Shown piece after piece: positions 26,782-39,499 of a stretch of DNA of 64,000 nt. Source of the DNA: Octopus vulgaris (Eukaryota). The position numbers and the translations under genes are program-made. The stretch covers positions 1,798,001 through 1,862,000 of the forward strand of contig OX597822.1 of NCBI GenBank assembly GCA_951406725.2. Reading direction: 5' to 3'. Numbering within the stretch: the first letter of the stretch is position 1; the number at the start of each line of letters is the position of its first letter. Below the pieces are notes generated by a model that was given only the letters and a program-made list of their open reading frames with translations, was not told the DNA's origin and searched no databases.

Positions 26782-27075
26782 ACCAATTATATACATTTTT
26801 ATTATTTTTTTTGCAATTTACTTAATCATTGATATTTTATTGTTATTTAAATTTTAATATTTCTATTACATGTAATTTTCTAGATGGTGTAATATAATTG
26901 TTCATTTTGAATTAATAAAATGTGTTTTTTTCTAATTTTTATATATATATATATTATATTGTGTGAAATTTGATTTAGTTTTTCTGAATTGAATTTTTTT
27001 CCTTGTAAGTTTTGGATTTTATTCCCTCAAAGAATAGTTATTATATATATATATATATCTTTTTACCTTCCATAT

Positions 27076-27500
27076 TTTACTTGTTTCAATCATTAGACTG
27101 TGGTCATGCTGGGGCACTGCCTTGAAGATTCGACAAGGATAAATACCGGACTTACAAAAAAGCGTAAGTACGGTGTACACCGTACTTACGCTTTTTGTAA
27201 GTCCGGTATTTATCCTGTCGCTCTCTTATGCCGAATTATTAATTTACGAGACGTACACATACCAACACCGGTTCTCTGGCCGTGATAAGGGACAAACACA
27301 TACACACACTCATATATATATATATGTGTGTGTGTTTTTTTGTGTGTGTGTGTGTATGATGGGCTTCTTTCAGTTTTCGTCTCATAAGGCTTTGCTCGTT
27401 CCGAGGCTAAAGCAAAACGTACCTCTCCAAGACGCTCCGCAGTACGACTGAACCTGGATCCATGTAGTTAGCAAGCAAGATTCTAGCCTCCCCTGCGGCT
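27076..27500 (-). mobile_element. SINE family A, degenerate, containing an internal palindrome
   Basis: ttttacttgtttcaatcattagactgtggtcatgctgg tail; ggcttctttcagttttcgtct and gactgaacc head. Confidence 0.8.
27131..27220. repeat. Near-perfect 90-bp palindrome with no spacer
   Basis: 44-bp arms centred on tgt|aca; two single-A bulges in the left arm. Confidence 0.95.
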
Positions 27501-28879
27501 ATGAACGATAATATAACCTGGAGCAATTGTTAAGTTTTTTACTTGACAGAAAAGACTGGTAATAACTTTGTATGACGTACAAACTCTTCCTACGTACCAA
27601 GATATCTCCGGATATGTGTTTGCTTGTCTCTTTCGCCCATGACACGCTATCACTGGATCTGTCTTTCGCTTTTCTGCATCTCCTCTTACTTTGACTCACA
27701 TGTGTATTCGTTCGTACAGGTATGTATGCGTGTGTGTCTGTGTGTATCCATCTCTCCCTGTCCTTCTCTCCAACATATGTATATATACATTGCTTTGTAT
27801 ATTTTCATATATGTTTTTTGGTTCGTGTTTGAGTATACAGATAAAAATACGTATGTGTGTATGTCTGTGTGCGCATGTGCACGAATATATGTAGGTGTAT
27901 GAATGAACAGAGGGAGACAGAGAAGGAGAGTTATAGAGACAGAAAAAAGAGAGAGAGTGCGTGTGTGTCTTTGTGTTTCTGTGTGTGTCCAGCAATGAAT
28001 GTTGTCTTTTGTATCTCTGTAAGAAAAACCAACTTTCGAGACATGAGCTGGGAGTGAATTGAATAGGAACGAGATTCTAAAACGAAAGTTACTGAGTAGA
28101 TTGATTAGTGTGGGTTCTAGGATGTTGGACAAAACAAAGCTGAAAATTAGTGGACAGGAGAATGCGTTGCGAAAGTCTGAATAGCGAGGTCGGAGGTTGG
28201 ATTTTGTCTGTGAGTAAATTTGCGACAATCATTCAGTGAGTACGCTTCTGGTTGCAGTCTATGATGCAGTTTTAGTGTAGCTGAAAAGAGAAATGAAAGG
28301 AAAAGTGACGTAAAGGACATCGATGCACGGTTAGAAAGGCAGCTAGAATATTTTAGAGAACAGCTATCACTTTACTCCTTGAATCTTACAATATATTTTC
28401 TTGTTGCATGATTATTACGTCAAGAGCGCCTTAAAACTCTTGACACCCTTGTGGAAATTGGTTCAATTAATTGTGAACAGACAAGAAATTTTATAAACTT
28501 GCCAAAATTTTAATGAGCAGTAATTCTACCACTATGTCGTATGTTTCGTTCAGACCTGGTGGTGGCGTTTAGTAAAAGAAACGCTGATTTTTCTGAAGTT
28601 ACGCCACATGAATACAAAATTGTCGGTGATGCTCAAAATCTGCAAAAATTCAGCAGAGCTGCTCATTCTAATTGTATTTTTTTTTTACAATTTATTTTTT
28701 CAGTATATTTATTCGATTGAATTTAGAATGTATATTTTTTTTTTTTCATACATTCCACAGATTTTTCGACACGATTTCCAAGGATAATAATGCAGCTACA
28801 TGGTCGTCATAACTTCTAGAAATAACGATACGTTGTTGGTCCTCTTGAAACTACTCTCTCTCTCTCTCTCGCTTGGAAT

Positions 28880-29392
28880 ATTGATTTCCAATTTTCACAC
28901 AAGGCCAGTAATTTCGAGGTTGGGGATACATCGATTACATCGACCCCAGAGTTCGACTGGTGCTTATTTTATTGACCCCGAAAGGCAAACGTAACCTCGG
29001 CTGAATTTGAACTCAGAAAGTAAAGTCGAACGAAATACTGCTGAGCACCAGAACGAATTCCGCAGATTTGTTGTCTGCTGCTTTAATGGTTCTACCAATG
29101 CATCCCCTAAATTGGTTAAACTCTAGACTATACGAAAGGTAGTCCTTCTACTACAAATACTTCAGCGTGCCGTATTATTGGTTTCAAATTTTGGCACGAG
29201 GCCAGCAACTTCCTGGATGGGAAAGTCGTTTACATCGATTCCACTGCTTGACTGGCGCTTAATTTATGGACTACAAAAGGATAAAAGACAAAGTAAACCT
29301 CGGGCTGGACTTGAACTCCGAAAGCAAAGATGAACGAAACGCTACTAAGCATTTTGCCCAGCGTTCTAACGATTCTGCCAGCTCGCTGGCTC
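28880..29392 (-). mobile_element. Two degenerate SINE family B copies in tandem
   Basis: cgattacatcgacccc...aacctcggctgaatttgaactcagaa; second copy ends gattctgccagctcgc. Confidence 0.75.
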
Positions 29393-30441
29393 ATATCACT
29401 TTAAATATTAAAGTAAAGATTGAAAGATATACCAACATAATTTACTCTATCTACCTCGACTCTATCGAAGCTTCTGATATTTCAAAGCAATTAACTATGG
29501 GCAGATCTGTGTACATATTACTTTATTGGATTCGTACTAGTAAACTGATTACTTTAATTTAATTTAATGTTTGTAATCAGTGGAATATATTAACAGTTTT
29601 GCTTTATAGTTAAATAAAGTTCTAGTTAATATAATCTGAAAAAATTGTGGAGATAATCATGACTGTAGCTTATCTTTCATGATACTCTCGCGTCGTCAGA
29701 ATTTAACTAACAACAACAAAAAACAGTAGCATTAACAAACACAACACATATAAACAAAAACAGCAGTAGTGGCAGTAGTAGCAGCAGCAGTAGCAGCAGT
29801 AGCAGCAGCAGCAGCAAATGTAGCAAACACTGTAGAGATTTACACTAAAAAAATCTCATTTTTGCATCGAAACTTTTGCGCCGAAACTATAACATAATAT
29901 AGCTGTGTCTGTATGTGCGCATGCGTATGCGTGCAGATATGTATGTGTGCGCGCGCGTGTGTATGTATGTGTGTGCGTGTGCGTGCGGATATGATTGTGT
30001 GTATATATGTGGCTTGTGTGCTTGTGTTGATATTTCAAAGTTCCATACAATAGCTAACATATTTCAACACGATTAATACTGATATCGTTCTCTAGATATA
30101 ATACAATTATAACAAAGGTTTTAGCTGAGACGAGTCTGCAGAATACTGGTTATAATTGATTAATTTCAAGGAAACGATTCCATCGTTTACTTTTTCTTTC
30201 TGAAATCAGTGAGTTTTAATGGAAAGGTGCCATCACAGGAAATTTCCATTCCATTTATGCTCGAAATAGCAAATTTATCACTACAGGATATGTGGTATGT
30301 TGTATAATAGTAGCAAATGAAGAAGAATAAAAACAAAAGTTACGCACCTACCGAGTTGCACACATGTATACACATAAAAATATGCACAAATACACACATA
30401 CATACATGTATATACACACACATATATACTACATATATATG

Positions 30442-30495
<54 letters not shown>

Positions 30496-30528
30496 CGTGT
30501 GTACACACACTAATAGCTAATACTCACA

Positions 30529-30582
<54 letters not shown>

Positions 30583-30682
30583 CGTAGACACACATACATA
30601 CACACGCATATATACATACATATACAGACACACTCATACACCCGCACGCATACATATGTATATATACTTATATATAACAGAG

Positions 30683-30713
<31 letters not shown>

Positions 30714-31024
30714 TATACATGTACTTGATGAAAACCATCAAATTGGTATTAAAGTATGTTGATTAGATTATAAGTGCACACATATAATCAGAAACCAATT
30801 CTAGGGTAAGTATATATATATATATATATATAGTTTCCTAATATACGTATACAAATATACACCCACACAAATATAGACATATGCACATAAAAATATATGT
30901 AGACATATACAAATAAAATATACATGCACACATATAAATATATATACGTAGACATACATATATATATATGCCTTCACACACAAACACACACACACACACA
31001 TATATATATATGGTTGTGTGTGTA

Positions 31025-31086
<62 letters not shown>

Positions 31087-31639
31087 TACACACACGCATC
31101 AACATATTTGTTCTTACAACTATACGTAACATACAACGACTTAAACATACTCACACAAATATTTACAGCTTCAGACGTAAAAGAGTGGTGAAATTGTTCA
31201 GTTATCTAAGAATCTTTGCCAAATGCACATCGCTATTATAGAATGCAATTTAGAGAAGGCGTATTTATGACCGAGTTTTATTACCAATTCTGCATTGTGT
31301 CCAAACTATATTCCATAGAAAGGTATTATAAGCATAACGTTTCGTTCAACAACAAAAAAAAAAACATTTCCAAAATTTTATTATCTTTGCCACGGAAGCA
31401 AGAGTACATTGGTGTATATAAATAATGAGTACTAACACGATACATAATGGGTCGAAACGGTCGGTGTGATGAATAAAGATTCGTGTGAATTCCACATTTT
31501 CCGTTATCCTCATTTGTTTTATATATATATATATATATATATAAGCAAAAGGGAAATATAACGAAAATCAATCGGTATTAGGCTACCACGTACGCGTTTC
31601 GAATTACATCGGTATAAAGAATAAATAGCTATATTTCAG

Positions 31640-31715
<76 letters not shown>

Positions 31716-31788
31716 TGCGGAAGGTGTTTATATGCCATTTACGAAACACACAAAATCCGTTAGATTCACTTCAACATATAAATTTAAA

Positions 31789-31838
31789 TTATCCAAAATA
31801 TTTTCGTCGCTTTCCGACCGCGACCTGTTCACTGACAA
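31789..31838 (-). ncRNA. Type I hammerhead variant with G3-C8 swapped core
   Basis: UUGUCA-GUGAACA-G-GUCGC-loop-GCGAC-GAA-AAUAUU-U-UGGAUAA; perfect 5-bp stem II, palindromic stem III. Confidence 0.6.
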
Positions 31839-31998
31839 GATTCCGGGCTGCATTTGACAACTTAAATTTAAATGTTGAAATAAATCTAACGGATTTTGTG
31901 TGTTTCGTAAATGGTTTATAAACACCTTCCACGCTGCAATTGTTTTCGTTCCAGCACACGATCTCAGATCAGGCCACTTGCTATGCAAGTACATCTCC

Positions 31999-32061
<63 letters not shown>

Positions 32062-32109
32062 CCATGCAGGCCTTCGCATTTAATATTTAATAATTAATAT
32101 TTCTGGAAT

Positions 32110-32194
32110 CCGACGCTGATGAGCCGAAAATGATCGGGTAAGGTATAGCTATTTATTCTTTATACCGATGTAATTCCGAAACGCGCGTACGTGG
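32110..32194 (+). ncRNA. Type I hammerhead motif, canonical core, long stem II
   Basis: ACG-CUGAUGA-G...C-GAAA-CGCGC-GUA-CGU; palindromic stem III ACGCGCGU. Confidence 0.65.
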
Positions 32195-32484
32195 GTAGCC
32201 TAATACCGATTGATTTTCGTTATATTTCCCTTTTGCCTGCGTGGATTGTTTTCAGGTACTTTGGTTTTTCTGGGAGCCCTTTTTAAAGTAGAAGGAAAAG
32301 CTAAGATTTTTTGACTGCTATTTCTAAACTTCGGTATGTGGTGAAGTAAATCTCTGCTGAACCCTAATTATAAAGTATTACTTAAGCTTACCATGAAATG
32401 GTCTTTTTCATGCCGAATTCTACTTGGTGAAATTACTGATTACTTCTTAATTAATTAATTTTACCCTTTGTTATTATATGTATA

Positions 32485-32541
<57 letters not shown>

Positions 32542-32590
32542 TGGAAGGTTTGGAGATGATGTACAGGTATTACATATTAGAAGAATTTCT

Positions 32591-32638
<48 letters not shown>

Positions 32639-32639
32639 A

Positions 32640-32845
32640 CTGTGTATTGATCTTTATGTTTGGGTCCGTCTTCAACTATCACGTAGTTCCTGGTGTTGGT
32701 TTGTTTACGTTCATATAACCTAGCGGTTCGCTAAAATAGACCGATAGAATAATTATCATAATTAAAAAAATAAAAGTCAACTTGTTCGTGTAAACCTTTC
32801 AGTCGGTGCCCCAGCATGGTAGCAGTCTACCGATTGAAAAAACTG
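32640..32845 (+). mobile_element. SINE family A, 3' half
   Basis: ggtgttggtttgtttacgt...tagcggttcg...gaccgatagaataa...ggtgccccagcatgg. Confidence 0.7.
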
Positions 32846-33015
32846 CGAGGTAATATATATTTAGGCCTTTTACATATTACGGACAAACAATATGAAAGTC
32901 TCCTGCTCACTGAGAATACCGCGACAGCTGGGAGTAGGAGAAGAATAAGAACACCAATAAGGCGGGTTTACGGATTTCGACCGAGGCTAAGTGGTAATAG
33001 GATGATATATATATG

Positions 33016-33107
<92 letters not shown>

Positions 33108-33108
<1 letters not shown>

Positions 33109-33304
33109 TTTATTTAAAAGCCGCAGAAATTCAACAAAACCTGTTACTCGGAGTTTCACGTTCCCGTTCGTCGGGGAACTTGAAACTCCTCGTAACATGT
33201 TTTGTTGAATTTCTGCTGCTTTTAAATAAAGCATATTACTCTACACCTGGTATTTGAGTACTTCTTTTTGCACCTTGTTTCACATTTATGTGTTTACTCC
33301 GGTA

Positions 33305-33308
<4 letters not shown>
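33108..33308. mobile_element. Inverted (head-to-head) Penelope-like terminus with HHR, between (TA)n tracts
   Basis: Arms 33108-33165/33174-33231; minus-strand CCGACGA-ACGGGAACGU-GAAA-CUCCGA-GUA-ACAG; same family as 46912-46987. Confidence 0.75.
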
Positions 33309-33374
<66 letters not shown>

Positions 33375-33639
33375 TATACATATATTATATATACATATAT
33401 TTATTCCATCTGACCAGATTGAAACGTCTGGTTAACGAGAATCTGGTAAAATGCACAGGAACATGTCCTGATGAGGTACAGACAGACCATGGCAAGACTA
33501 ACCCCACATTACCGGGTCAGTTTCTGAACTTATACCTGCGACTCCATGTAAAGCAGTTCAGGGATCAAATGGCCTCCAGCAAATGATGACTGTAGCAACA
33601 ATTTTTAGATGTGTGCTGGATCCAACAGACAACACATAA

Positions 33640-34230
33640 GGGCAATATTGACAGTTGACTGCCAACAATAACAGCAATCAATTTCAGATTCACCCTTAGG
33701 GTAGTAGAAAATAACAAAGAGATATACCGCAGGTCACTAAAGTACATTTTATATAGTATAGTTATATATTAGATTTCATTGGAAGATGAAATATCACAAA
33801 TCATTATTCCTATTGGATACCAAACCTAGAATAGTTAATCCTAGTATCGAAATCCCTTTGGTGACGAATCGGATACGAAATGAGAGTTCCTTTTATGTCA
33901 AAAAGATTGCCAATCATTCTCTAGTCTTCAAAATATAAGCGTACCTTTCACTATCTATCAGTGAAGCTACGCTGACAATTGCCTCCCATTACTTCAACAA
34001 TGCACTCCGAAACAGTGGTTTCTCGCTTAAAAATCCAGTATATAAACAGCCCCCTGTTTTCGAATATATATAAATTAACATAGAAAAAAATTATTGTTCA
34101 TTTTCTATATTTCCGCTTAAATCCAATATACAGATATTTTTTTTAAGTTTCGCATCTTTTCATTTTCTATGGGTCGTGCATAGCGTAAGATCTACTCTTA
34201 CACTTAGTCATTCTACTGAAAGAAATTGGT
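33640..34230 (+). mobile_element. Degraded Penelope-like RT/thumb remnant
   Basis: FRFTLRVVENNK..IYRR and LSISEATLTIASHYFNNALRNSGF resemble Penelope IKFT.E.E.N / LSS.E..F......YN.AL..SG motifs. Confidence 0.5.
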
Positions 34231-34977
34231 TTCATTTGTCATCCATCATCCATTTTATTGGAAAAAGATCCCTCGTATGAAAAGTAAAGTCCTGTCAGAA
34301 TCTGGAATATGGTATAAATGCTAGAGTCCATCGCCTTAATGGGAATTACTTGCCGAAATTCAATTTGTCTAAAACAAAAATAGACTGAGAAAAGATCAAG
34401 TGAAACTAAATTTACTATACAAGTTTCCGGGAACAAAACTTCTATTAGTTATTCATCAGGTTTTCTACAAGCTTATCCAGATACATTTGGGGATTTTTAA
34501 GTAATCTTCTACACGTTTTCAAAAGTCTAAACTAGTCGATATTGGAACTTACATGTTCACACTTACATGATTTCAACTGATTGCTCTGACACGTCTTAGA
34601 GCAAAATCTTTCTGCTATTCCAAGCTGGCATTCAAGCAAAACTCTTAATTATTGTCATAGTATGTTTAACAGTTGCACTTCTAATTCACTTAAGTTTATT
34701 GCAGAAACTAGATGAAATATTAGGCTGTATTCTATGGTCTTTCTGTTCACCAAGTGTTACTAGTTTTAAAAGGGAGATTCACGTGAAGCTTACTATTGAA
34801 GATGTAAAATCTCACGCTTTAAATGCGAATAACATCTCAGTTTTATCAGGATACCCTCACTTACCTATGCTCATAGATTTAACTTTGTATATACTCCTTA
34901 TAATGAATATTGTATTCATACATACACACAGAAACAAACATGTACATATATACGTACCTATATAAGTATATGTGTGG

Positions 34978-35225
34978 AAGTGTGTGGCTTAGTGGTTAGG
35001 GTCTCAGTACCATGATCATAAGATTGTGGTTTCGATTCCTGGACCGGGTGACGCGTTGTGTTCTTGAGCAAAACACTTCATTTCATGTTGCTCCAGTCCA
35101 CTCAGCTGGCAAAAATGAGTAACGTTGCGATGGACTGGCGTCCCATCATGCTGGGGGGAACACATACGCCATAGAAACCGGGAAACCGGGCCCATGAGCC
35201 TGGCTAGGCTTTAAAAGGGCGCATT
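34978..35225 (+). mobile_element. tRNA-derived SINE, family C, near full length
   Basis: gtggcttagtggttagg A box, gtttcgattcc B box, gtgttcttgagcaaaacac CORE-like segment, TTA-rich tail. Confidence 0.9.
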
Positions 35226-36022
35226 TATTTATTATTATAAGTATATGTGTGCGTGTGAGCTCATATGTACCAATATAGATACGCAGACATATATACATGT
35301 GTGTGTGTGCTTGTGTGGATAAACTGCGGTTGGGTGCAATAGGTTATATTAATTGTGCACTTCCGATAAAGCATAAACAGGAAACGAATGGTTGCGTCGG
35401 GATGCACGGGACTAAAGAACTGAAAAAGGGGAAGCTACTCAGAAAGTCTTTGAAAGAGATTTTGCAGAAGTCATATATAATACTTGATAATATCAATTTA
35501 ACATTTACATTTAACAGTTAGCGCTGTTGTTATTGATTTTTTCGAACTTCAGTGATACACATGACATTTTGTGTTTGTGTGTCCGCCGTATATGATTCTT
35601 CTTAGATAGCGATGTGTGTCTATGCATGGCAAACATAGTTTCGCGTGTGTGTGTGTGTGCGAGCGTGCGCATGTGTTTGTGTGTGTGTGTGTGTGTATGT
35701 GCGTGCGTGCGTGCGTATATAAATTACAATTCTTCGATATACCTCTGTATAACCATCAAGGAAAGGTCACGTCCTAAGTGATATTCTGGACCCGATGTGA
35801 ACGAGCTGTTTCAGCGCGGCCTACCATATTAATGATAACATAGCATTCATACACGCGCCAAAAACATAACGACACACACTAAAACACACACATTTATGTC
35901 TACATATATACAAATGTGAATGCCTTTTCGTCTATCTAAATATTTATCTATCTATACACACATATATTTCTACATAATAGCATCAAATGTGTGACCATCT
36001 GTTCGTCTGTTATCTATATGCA

Positions 36023-36099
<77 letters not shown>

Positions 36100-36331
36100 G
36101 GCTGTGTGTATGTATGTGTATATGCGTTTGTGTGTGTGCGTACTTACAAAGGTACGAAGAAACACACATAGCATTGTGTGTATGTGTGTGTGTGTGCATA
36201 CGCGCGCACGCGTGCTTGCGTGTTTGCACGTTTTCACTTTAACAAAGATATACCGAAACAGAAGTGCATACATCTACTTCAACCCTCTAAAAATGTCTAA
36301 ATATTTCTCCTGTATACTTTTAGACGAGAAA

Positions 36332-36366
<35 letters not shown>

Positions 36367-36416
36367 GCCACAACAACAACAACAACAATAGTAATAATAA
36401 TGATAATAATAATAAA

Positions 36417-36464
<48 letters not shown>

Positions 36465-36886
36465 CTATGTTTGACTTTTGGCTCCAAGTCTCACCCAGAG
36501 ACCTCAAGAGACAACAAGTTGGAAGTTCATGTTGGTGTTATGCCTAGGGTACCATATATTTGGTTTTGTACTTAGTGTTGTACTAGTGAATGTCTAAAAA
36601 AACCCATACGAAAATTATGTTTGTTTTAAAACTTGAGTTAACAAAGAAAGTATTTTGCGTAGGATATGAGCAGTTCCCATGAGCACTATCTTTTGAATTT
36701 CTGCTATTTTTAGTTTTCCTGGTATCTGAGTTAGGTAGCAGTCATCTTCTTTTGCTATCATTCCCAGGGCACCTATGACAACAGGTACTGTTTTAGTCTT
36801 CAGGTTCCACATTTAGCTGATTTCTATTTCAAGATCTTTATATTTGCTCAGTTTTTGGTAGGTCTTGACAGATACGTTTATATCGA

Positions 36887-36888
<2 letters not shown>
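36465..36888 (-). mobile_element. R4/Dong-like RLE 3' end (family 2) between (TTA)n tracts
   Basis: KLSKYKDLEIEIS*MWNLKTKTVPVVIGALGMIAK...IQKIVLMGTAHILRKILS; (TTA)n on both sides. Confidence 0.9.
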
Positions 36889-36950
<62 letters not shown>

Positions 36951-36959
36951 TTTATTATT

Positions 36960-37283
36960 AGGGATGCTTCAAGGGCTCATACGTCTATGACGATCAGCTA
37001 CTGATTATGAATCCCTAACTGAAGACACTCGCAGAAAGAAGAAGGGTCTAAGTATGGCCCAGGTCAATTACCGAAAGCCTTTTGATAGTATTTCCCACCC
37101 ATGGATCCTAGAAACACTTACCATGAACAAGGTAGCACCAATAATCATAAAGTATAGAAAACATTCCATGAATAAATGACCGACAATGCCACAGTTATAG
37201 ACAAAAGAGGGACTCATAAAAACCAAAGCCATCCCCATTAGAAGAGGAATATTCCATTGAGTAGACTATCTCCACTCCTTCTC
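36960..37283 (+). mobile_element. R4/Dong-like RT domain fragment, part 1
   Basis: GCFKGSY...DQLLI...KKKGLSMAQVNYRK(A)FDSISHPWILETL...IPIRRGIFH, RT motifs 2-4, degraded. Confidence 0.8.
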
Positions 37284-37284
37284 T

Positions 37285-37527
37285 TATTTCTTTATTGCCC
37301 ACAAGGGGTTAAACATAGAGGGGACAAACAAGGACAGACAAATGGATTAAGTCGATTTCATCGACCCCAGTGCGTAACTGGTACTTAATTTACCGGCCCC
37401 GAAAGGAGGAAAGGCAAAGTCGACCACGGCGGAATTTGAACTCAGAATGTAACGGCAGACGAAATACCTATTTCTTTACTACCCACAAGGGGCTAAACAC
37501 AGAGAGGACAAACAAGGACAGACAAAT
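37285..37527 (-). mobile_element. SINE family B (body plus second tail)
   Basis: tatttctttattgcccacaagggg...gtcgatttcatcgaccccagtgcgtaactggtac...gaatttgaactcagaa. Confidence 0.9.
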
Positions 37528-37688
37528 GGGGAGTAATCGTCAAACTCCTAAAGACAGGAAACCCCACCGATTGCAATAATTGGAGAGGGATTGCGCTTCT
37601 ATCTGTCCCCCGAAAGGTCTTCGGTATCGTCCTCTTAAGATGGCTGCAACGGGCGTTGGATGAGAAGCTTCGAGTAGAACAAGCCGGT
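37528..37688 (+). mobile_element. RTE RT fragment, inverted copy of 38480-38628
   Basis: ggggagtaatcgtcaaactcc...gatgagaagcttcgagtagaacaagccgg is the reverse complement of the segment in the adjacent RTE. Confidence 0.85.
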
Positions 37689-37694
37689 AGAACT

Positions 37695-37846
37695 AGTCGA
37701 TTACATCGACCTCAGTGCGTAACTGGTACTTAATTTATCGACCCCGAATGGATGAAATGCAAAGTCAACCTCGGCGGAACTTGAACTCAGAAATACGGCT
37801 AAGCATTTCGCCCGGCGTGCTAACGTTTCTGCCTGCTCGCCGCCTT
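37695..37846 (-). mobile_element. SINE family B, 5' part
   Basis: gtcgattacatcgacc...cccggcgtgctaacgtttctgcctgctcgccgcct. Confidence 0.9.
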
Positions 37847-37952
37847 GTTCTTCGCTATTTTCTGCCTGGCACTGACACCTTTATCTGACATAAACAGAAC
37901 TGGATGTGGATACAACTCTTACGGCAAAACAATCAGCCACCTCTTATACATC
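37847..37952 (+). mobile_element. R4/Dong-like RT domain fragment, part 2 (continuation of 36960-37283)
   Basis: FCLALTPLSDINRTGCGY...KTISHLLYI, the motif leading into Y(M)DD. Confidence 0.75.
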
Positions 37953-37964
37953 TTAGGCTTAGTC

Positions 37965-39420
37965 TTAGGCCCTCCTGCGCCGTGTGGTGCATTGGGCGAC
38001 AAGGCTTCTCGTACTAGGTGAGTCGGCCGCGGCGATTTCAGCTTCATTCCCTGAAATGTCAATGACATTCTTCGTCGCTCCAACGTGTGCGATGTCATCG
38101 GCGAAGTCGAGGTCAGTCAGGTTCCCTCGACCCACACTAAGAAATCCCAAATCTATGTTGGTGCATCGTCCCGAGCATGACGAAGAAACAGAAGCGGGGA
38201 TAGAATGCACCCTTGTCGTACACCGGTCTCAATGGCAAAGTAGTCTCCGTTCGAACACAGCAACTAGACTCGCGGCAAAGGCTCCGAAAGGCGTCGACGA
38301 AACGCTAGGGAATGCCGAAGTTACGAGCGATGCACCACAACGAACTCCGGTGTACGCTGTCGAATTCCTTGACAAAATCAATGAAAATGATTGATTGCCG
38401 TTGCTGATATTCCAGGCTTTGTTCGATAATGTTGCGCAACGTGAAGATTTGTTCATTGCGCGACCGTCCTCATCGAAAACCGGCTTGTTCTTCTCGGAGC
38501 TTCTCATCCACCGCCATCTTAAGAGGACGATACGGAAGACCTTTCGGGGGACAGATAGAAGCGCAATCTCTCTCCAATTATTGCAATCGGCGGTGTTTCC
38601 TGCCTTTAGGAGTTTGACGATTACTCCCCGATGCTATTCCTATGGGACCCGACCTGTCTTCCAGCATACATTTAGGAGGGCTCTAAGATGTTCGACGACG
38701 AGATGCACTCCGTGTTTCAGCATCTTCGCCGTCACCATATCCAGTCTCAGCTTCTTGTTCTTCAGGAGCCGTATCGCCGCCACCGTCTTGGCGGTCGTGA
38801 TCTCACCCGTGTTCACTGCCAGATCGTTGTCGGGGATAGGTGGGTCTAGTGCAAGGATGTCCACAACCGCTGACTGATTGAGTATCTCCTTAAAGTGTTT
38901 GACCCATCTTCTCGCTTGATCTTCGACCGTCAGTAACGCCTTCCCGTTCTTGTCCTTGATGGGCTCCCCTTGTCCGCTTCTCGTTCCAGTAAGGTCACGT
39001 AGGAAACTGTATAGAATCTTCGTATCATTTCGATCCGCCGCCTCCTGCCCCTCCTGGCTCCATTGTTCCAATCAATCCCGCTTGTCTTTCTGACACTCTG
39101 CTTCACACTTCGATCCAGTTCCGATACGTCTCCGTTGCTTCCTGGTGGGCTTCGTCCGTTTGCTCTAGGTCCCGTTGCATTTTAGCCTTTCGTCTCGCAT
39201 CGATCAGGATCCACATTCGATCTTGGACCCAATGCACCTACCACTGATCTTCTTGGCACTTTCCATAATTGCTTCCTTGAACTACCTAAAGCAGCCGTCG
39301 ATGTCGACCTCGTCCACGTCTGGGAGAGGTCGGAATCGGTTTCTCAGCTCCAACAGGTATTGATCGACTTCGTTCTGTCTTTAAATTTCTCCAGTGCAAA
39401 AGGGTGGGGCGACTCTGTGT
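37965..39420 (-). mobile_element. RTE-clade LINE RT region, degraded with internal deletions
   Basis: PIKDKNGKALLTVEDQARRWVKHFKEILN; DMVTAKMLK; DCNNWREIALLSVPRKVF; REEQAGFR; FIDFVKEFDSVHR; DLDFADDIA; multiple stops. Confidence 0.92.
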
Positions 39421-39499
39421 CAGGAAGACATTCGGCAAATAAATGGAATAAGAATTGCAGAATTTCTAGAAGTTGCCAAAGAGAATAAAGACAATAATA

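Larger units (their letters stand above)
31545..32236. repeat. Nested foldback: outer arms 31545-31633/32144-32236, (TA)n arms, inner arms 31719-31797/31853-31930
   Basis: Both arm pairs are direct reverse complements, e.g. gcaaaagggaaatataacgaaaatcaatcgg vs ccgattgattttcgttatatttcccttttgc. Confidence 0.9.
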
